Part shown: positions 20,573 through 24,000 of the stretch, in pieces
Layout: each line of letters opens with the position of its first letter
Numbering within the stretch: position 1 is the first letter of the stretch
Notes under the pieces: model-generated
Told to the model about the DNA's origin: nothing
Database searches by the model: none
Seen by the model: only the letters and a program-made list of their open reading frames with translations
Program-made: the position numbers and the translations under genes
Source of the DNA: Kluyvera genomosp. 1
GTDB lineage: Bacteria > Pseudomonadota > Gammaproteobacteria > Enterobacterales > Enterobacteriaceae
Direction of reading: 5' to 3'
NCBI RefSeq assembly: GCF_001266615.1
Contig: NZ_LGHZ01000018.1
Location: forward strand, 180,094-204,093
DNA: 24,000 bases

Positions 20573-21484
20573 ATGCTGTGGTTCAAAAATTTAATGGTTT
20601 ATCGTCTTAGCCGCGACATCTCGCTGCGCGCGGAAGAGATGGAAAAGCAGCTCGCTGAGATGACCTTCACCCCCTGCGGCAGCCAGGATATGGCAAAAAC
20701 CGGTTGGGTTCCGCCGATGGGCTCACACAGCGACGCGCTGACGCACTCCGTTAACGGACAGATCATCATCTGCGCGCGTAAAGAAGAGAAGATCCTGCCT
20801 TCGCCGGTGATTAAGCAAGCGCTGGAAGCCAAGATCCAGAAGCTGGAAGCCGATCAGGGCCGCAAGCTGAAGAAAACGGAAAAAGATTCCCTGAAGGATG
20901 AAGTGCTGCACTCCCTGCTGCCTCGTGCCTTTAGCCGCTTCAGCCAGACCATGATGTGGATCGATACCGTTAACGATCTGATTATGGTCGACTGTGCCAG
21001 CGCCAAAAAAGCGGAAGATACGCTGGCGCTGCTGCGTAAAAGCCTCGGTTCGCTGCCGGTGGTTCCGCTGACGCTGGAAAACCCGATTGAGCTAACGCTC
21101 ACCGAATGGGTGCGTTCCGGAAGCGCTGCGCAAAGCTTCCAGATTCTTGACGAAGCCGAGCTCAAAGCCATTCTCGAAGATGGTGGCGTGATCCGCGCGA
21201 AGAAACAGGATCTGATTTGTGATGAGATTGCAGCCCATATCGAAGCCGGCAAGCTGGTGACCAAGCTGGCGCTGGATTGGCAGCAGCGTATCCAGTTTGT
21301 GATGTGCGACGACGGCTCGATTAAGCGCCTGAAGTTCTGCGACGAACTGCGCGACCAAAACGAAGATATTGACAGAGACGACTATGCTCAGCGTTTCGAC
21401 GCGGACTTTATTCTGATGACCGGCGAACTGGCGGCATTGATTAAGAGTCTGGTAGAAGGATTAGGCGGCGAAGCCCAGCGCTAA
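20573..21484 (+). CDS. rdgC: Recombination-associated protein RdgC
   Basis: The ORF-track start at 20507 is an extension. The conserved start [16 protein letters not shown] is the ATG at 20573, giving the 303 aa of E. coli RdgC. Confidence 0.95.
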   Translation: MLWFKNLMVYRLSRDISLRAEEMEKQLAEMTFTPCGSQDMAKTGWVPPMGSHSDALTHSVNGQIIICARKEEKILPSPVIKQALEAKIQKLEADQGRKLKKTEKDSLKDEVLHSLLPRAFSRFSQTMMWIDTVNDLIMVDCASAKKAEDTLALLRKSLGSLPVVPLTLENPIELTLTEWVRSGSAAQSFQILDEAELKAILEDGGVIRAKKQDLICDEIAAHIEAGKLVTKLALDWQQRIQFVMCDDGSIKRLKFCDELRDQNEDIDRDDYAQRFDADFILMTGELAALIKSLVEGLGGEAQR

Positions 21485-21493
21485 ACGTAAATT

Positions 21494-21517
21494 CCCTTCC
21501 TGCCGCGGCAGGAAGGG
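21494..21517. terminator. Bidirectional terminator hairpin between rdgC and ppnP
   Basis: cccttcctgcc (21494-21504) / ggcaggaaggg (21507-21517) are 11 complementary nt around a gc centre; the effective stem is ~9 bp with a ccgcgg apex. It lies between two convergent stop codons (21484 and 21524). Confidence 0.6.
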
Positions 21518-21523
21518 GAATCA

Positions 21524-21808
21524 TTACAGATAGCGGCACAGATAGGACGTTGGCTCAACGATCTGCAGGTTAAATTCGCTATTGCCCGGCACGTTAAAGA
21601 CTTCCCCTGCGGTATACACTTTCCATTCGATTTCACCCGGTAACAGCACATTCATCTCGCCGCTGACCACGGTCATCTCTTCCGGCTGCCCGGTTCCAAA
21701 GGTGTATTCACCTTCAACCATCACGCCCACGCTAGCGCGACCGGTGCTGCTGCTGGTAAAGCCAATGGATTTCACTTTCCCTTCGAAGTACTCGTTGCTT
21801 TGAAGCAT
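21524..21808 (-). CDS. ppnP: Pyrimidine/purine nucleoside phosphorylase PpnP (YaiE)
   Basis: 94 aa, [39 protein letters not shown]...[11 protein letters not shown], matching E. coli YaiE/PpnP in length and sequence pattern. Confidence 0.93.
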   Translation of the reverse strand: MLQSNEYFEGKVKSIGFTSSSTGRASVGVMVEGEYTFGTGQPEEMTVVSGEMNVLLPGEIEWKVYTAGEVFNVPGNSEFNLQIVEPTSYLCRYL

Positions 21809-21885
21809 AAACAGGCCCTTATTGTCTTAACGTAAAAAACCAATATAGGGTTGCGAGCAGAAGCCTGTCACGCAAATTCATACGC

Positions 21886-22563
21886 TTAACATAATAATTC
21901 TGCCGCCAGTCGAGCGACCAGCACATTCGATAGCAGAACCGGAACATCCAGCGCTTTTTGTAACAGGTCGCGATGGCGCTGATGATAGCTCAGCGAGTCC
22001 AGAACCAGCACATCCGCGCCCTGCTCAAGCAAAGAGCTGCCCGCCGAAATCATATGCTGATCGCTGTCGCGCACCGGGTTCGCCAGCGCGTAATAAGGCA
22101 GCGTTGGCAGCATCTGCCATTTTTCTTTTTGAGCGTTAAGAATGGCCTCAATAGGCACCAGCACGCCGACCTGATGCCCCTCAACAATCGAGGCGACCAG
22201 CGGTGGAATAATTCGCTGTGGTTCCAGCAGTATCGCATTGCGCGCCGTCATGCTGCGGAGTTTGAACGTATTCAGTAAAAGAATGACGTCGTAGGACTGA
22301 TTATCCAGCACTTCAATCACCGCCTGTAGGGCATGCTCGACTTTAAGACGGGATATTTCGACAAACTGGTTGTCGTTTAACAACACCAACAGACGCTCTT
22401 CACCGGGCTCTGGCCCATATTCTTCCATAACGTCCGCACGACTCATTTTCCCCAGCAGAGTCACGTGGGTAATTTGATCTTCCCTGATGTGCTCGGTCAA
22501 AAGCGGCAATACTTCACTAATGGGCACCACCCCAATCGTAAGAATCGCCATGGTTGCAGTCAT
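21886..22563 (-). CDS. aroM: AroM protein (function unknown; Asp/Glu racemase-like fold family)
   Basis: 225 aa with ...[19 protein letters not shown]..., [34 protein letters not shown] and [31 protein letters not shown]. It is collinear with E. coli AroM and lies downstream of aroL. Confidence 0.9.
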   Translation of the reverse strand: MTATMAILTIGVVPISEVLPLLTEHIREDQITHVTLLGKMSRADVMEEYGPEPGEERLLVLLNDNQFVEISRLKVEHALQAVIEVLDNQSYDVILLLNTFKLRSMTARNAILLEPQRIIPPLVASIVEGHQVGVLVPIEAILNAQKEKWQMLPTLPYYALANPVRDSDQHMISAGSSLLEQGADVLVLDSLSYHQRHRDLLQKALDVPVLLSNVLVARLAAELLC

Positions 22564-22955
22564 GTTATCTACCTTCTGCTTCTTAATTGCTCACTTTACA
22601 AATAGCCACCTGGATGGATGAAAAACACCGCTCAGAAGCGTAGCAGTTCATCCCGATGCTGGAATGTAAAGATTCCGGTAATTTCCAGTACTCTCCTGAT
22701 AAGGTTTAATTTTAACTTCTCTATAACATTAAAGATAAACGATAAATGTGATTTACGCCCGCCATAACCATTAATTAAAAAGGGTTATAGCGGCCTGTTA
22801 AGCTTGCTTTTGCTCAATAGACAAACCCTGTCCGAATCACTGACCTGCGTAAGTTCATCGGAGAAGCTGTCTTACCACGAAGAAAATACCCCGTGGAAAG
22901 CAAAGAAGTAGGCGTATGGGTAACAAGAGGAGGGATGCTGCGAGAGTGCGCCCGG

Positions 22956-23480
22956 TTAGCTGGCGGTTTCCAGGTGCAGGGCATTTTGGATGAGCACGAC
23001 AACGTGGTCGGGCGTGGAGGACGCATCAACAATAAAGTGGGCCGTTTCACGGTATAGCGTATCGCGCTGAGCGAGCACATCAGCGACTTCTTCGCTGATC
23101 GGTTTACCGGTGAGCGTCGGACGCTGTTCCGCTTCGGGAAACGCTTCCAGGCGGCTTGCCAGAACAGAAACCGGAGCATTGAGGTAAATCACCACGCCGT
23201 GCTGACGCATAAACTCGCGGTTTTCAGCGGCCAGAATAATTCCACCGCCGGTAGCGACCACCGTATTCGGTTGTGTCACCGAGATGAGCGTCTGCGTTTC
23301 CCGTGCGCGGAACCCAGCCCAGCCTTCTGCCGCGACAATATCCGCAACGGTCATGCCGGAACGCTGTTGTAAGACTAAATCAGTATCAACAAAATGGAAA
23401 TCGCAGGCGTGAGTCAGCGCTTGGCCTATTGTTGTTTTTCCGCAGCCCCTGGCTCCGATAAGAAAAATAGGCTGTGTCAT
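22956..23480 (-). CDS. aroL: Shikimate kinase II AroL
   Basis: The ORF-track frame runs to 23507. I trimmed it to [19 protein letters not shown] (P-loop), with its ATG at 23480-23478 and AAGGGGA upstream. This gives the 174 aa of E. coli AroL. Confidence 0.95.
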   Translation of the reverse strand: MTQPIFLIGARGCGKTTIGQALTHACDFHFVDTDLVLQQRSGMTVADIVAAEGWAGFRARETQTLISVTQPNTVVATGGGIILAAENREFMRQHGVVIYLNAPVSVLASRLEAFPEAEQRPTLTGKPISEEVADVLAQRDTLYRETAHFIVDASSTPDHVVVLIQNALHLETAS

Positions 23481-23540
23481 TGCCTGGAGTTCCCCTTGAT
23501 GACGCAAAATTGCGGGATGTGCATATGAAGCGCGAATAAT

Positions 23541-23556
23541 ACCACCAAACTAGTAC
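23541..23556 (-). promoter_or_regulatory. TrpR-operator-like half-site at the aroL promoter
   Basis: The minus strand reads GTACTAGTTTGGTGGT followed by ATTATT (-10-like TATTAT). GTACTAGTT is the conserved half of the Trp repressor operator. aroL is a known TrpR/TyrR target in E. coli. Confidence 0.5.
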
Positions 23557-23565
23557 GCAAGTAAG

Positions 23566-23583
23566 TGTAAACTTTAAATTACA
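23566..23583. promoter_or_regulatory. TyrR box upstream of aroL
   Basis: tgtaaa-ctttaa-attaca, which on the other strand reads TGTAAT-N6-TTTACA. This is one mismatch from the TyrR box consensus TGTAAA-N6-TTTACA. Confidence 0.55.
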
Positions 23584-23751
23584 AAAAAATGTTTTTTGGA
23601 TGCCTTACGCTATTTAAGCCAGATAAAACGGCACTTCAAAGCGTAAAAAAATGATGCCACGTAGCGTTTTGCTAACAGTACATGAAAGTGACTTGTTTTG
23701 ACAAGCCGGATGACGCGGCAAAGGTAGCACATTAGTGTGACAGAAATCCTA

Positions 23752-24000
23752 TCAGCCGCGTTTTACCGCCTGCAGCCATTTATCGAGCTCCGCCGCAAAC
23801 TGCTGGCGATCGCGTTGAGAGAGCGCGCTCGGCCCGCCGGTTTGAATCCCGCTGGAGCGCATGGTATCCATAAAATCGCGCAGGGTGAGGCGTTCACGGA
23901 TGGTCGCATGGCTATAGCGTTCTCCGCGAGGATTCAGCGCCGCGCCGCCTTTTTCCAGCACTTCAGCCGCCAGGGGGATATCCGCGGTCACCACCAGATC
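23752..24000 (-). CDS. yaiI: UPF0178 protein YaiI, C-terminal ~82 codons; the 5' end lies beyond the right window edge
   Basis: The frame is open to the window edge. Its translation, ...[76 protein letters not shown]..., matches the C-terminal half of E. coli YaiI, which neighbours aroL in K-12. Confidence 0.88.
   Translation of the reverse strand, partial: DLVVTADIPLAAEVLEKGGAALNPRGERYSHATIRERLTLRDFMDTMRSSGIQTGGPSALSQRDRQQFAAELDKWLQAVKRG

Noticed and set aside
22814-23179. 121-aa minus-strand ORF spanning the aroL 3' end and the downstream spacer
   Set aside because: It is out of frame with aroL over most of its length, and its sequence is unrecognisable and Arg/Ser/Leu-rich. I considered it as a candidate yaiA replacement, but it shows no similarity to YaiA and has no plausible start context.

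Overview
This is a chromosomal segment from an Escherichia-related member of the Enterobacteriaceae. The proteins are clearly orthologous to E. coli K-12 but are not identical to them.

Gene order:
- brnQ(-, partial), phoR(-), phoB(-), sbcD(+), sbcC(+)
- then the block [ygjK(-), ygjJ(-), ygjI(-), a second ygjI-like paralog(-), ebgC(-), ebgA(-), ebgR(-), ygjH(+)]
- then mak(-), rdgC(+), ppnP/yaiE(-), aroM(-), aroL(-), yaiI(-, partial)

Both flanks are collinear with the K-12 aroL...brnQ region. The bracketed ~12 kb block (7.6-19.5 kb) sits in the sbcC-mak gap, where K-12 carries araJ. It holds the cryptic ebg beta-galactosidase genes, the uncharacterised ygjIJK genes and ygjH.

Reading by eye, I found no tRNA, rRNA, CRISPR array, IS element, integrase or phage genes.

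The most interesting content is the ebg/ygj block. It encodes a compartment-ordered set:
- a predicted outer-membrane barrel
- a signal-peptide GH63 alpha-glucosidase
- two divergent APC-type permeases
- a cytoplasmic GH2 EbgAC
- a LacI-type repressor

No natural substrate is established for this set. I also found a TTTTAGTAAAA/TTTTACTAAA motif in three promoter regions of the block. At two of them it lies within a homologous ~65-bp promoter module, which suggests a single regulon.

Several ORF-track starts are N-terminally over-extended or use alternative start codons. I trimmed them to the conserved ATG with a Shine-Dalgarno sequence.

All functional calls rest on my recognition of the translated sequences and on motifs visible in the DNA. 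No database search was run.
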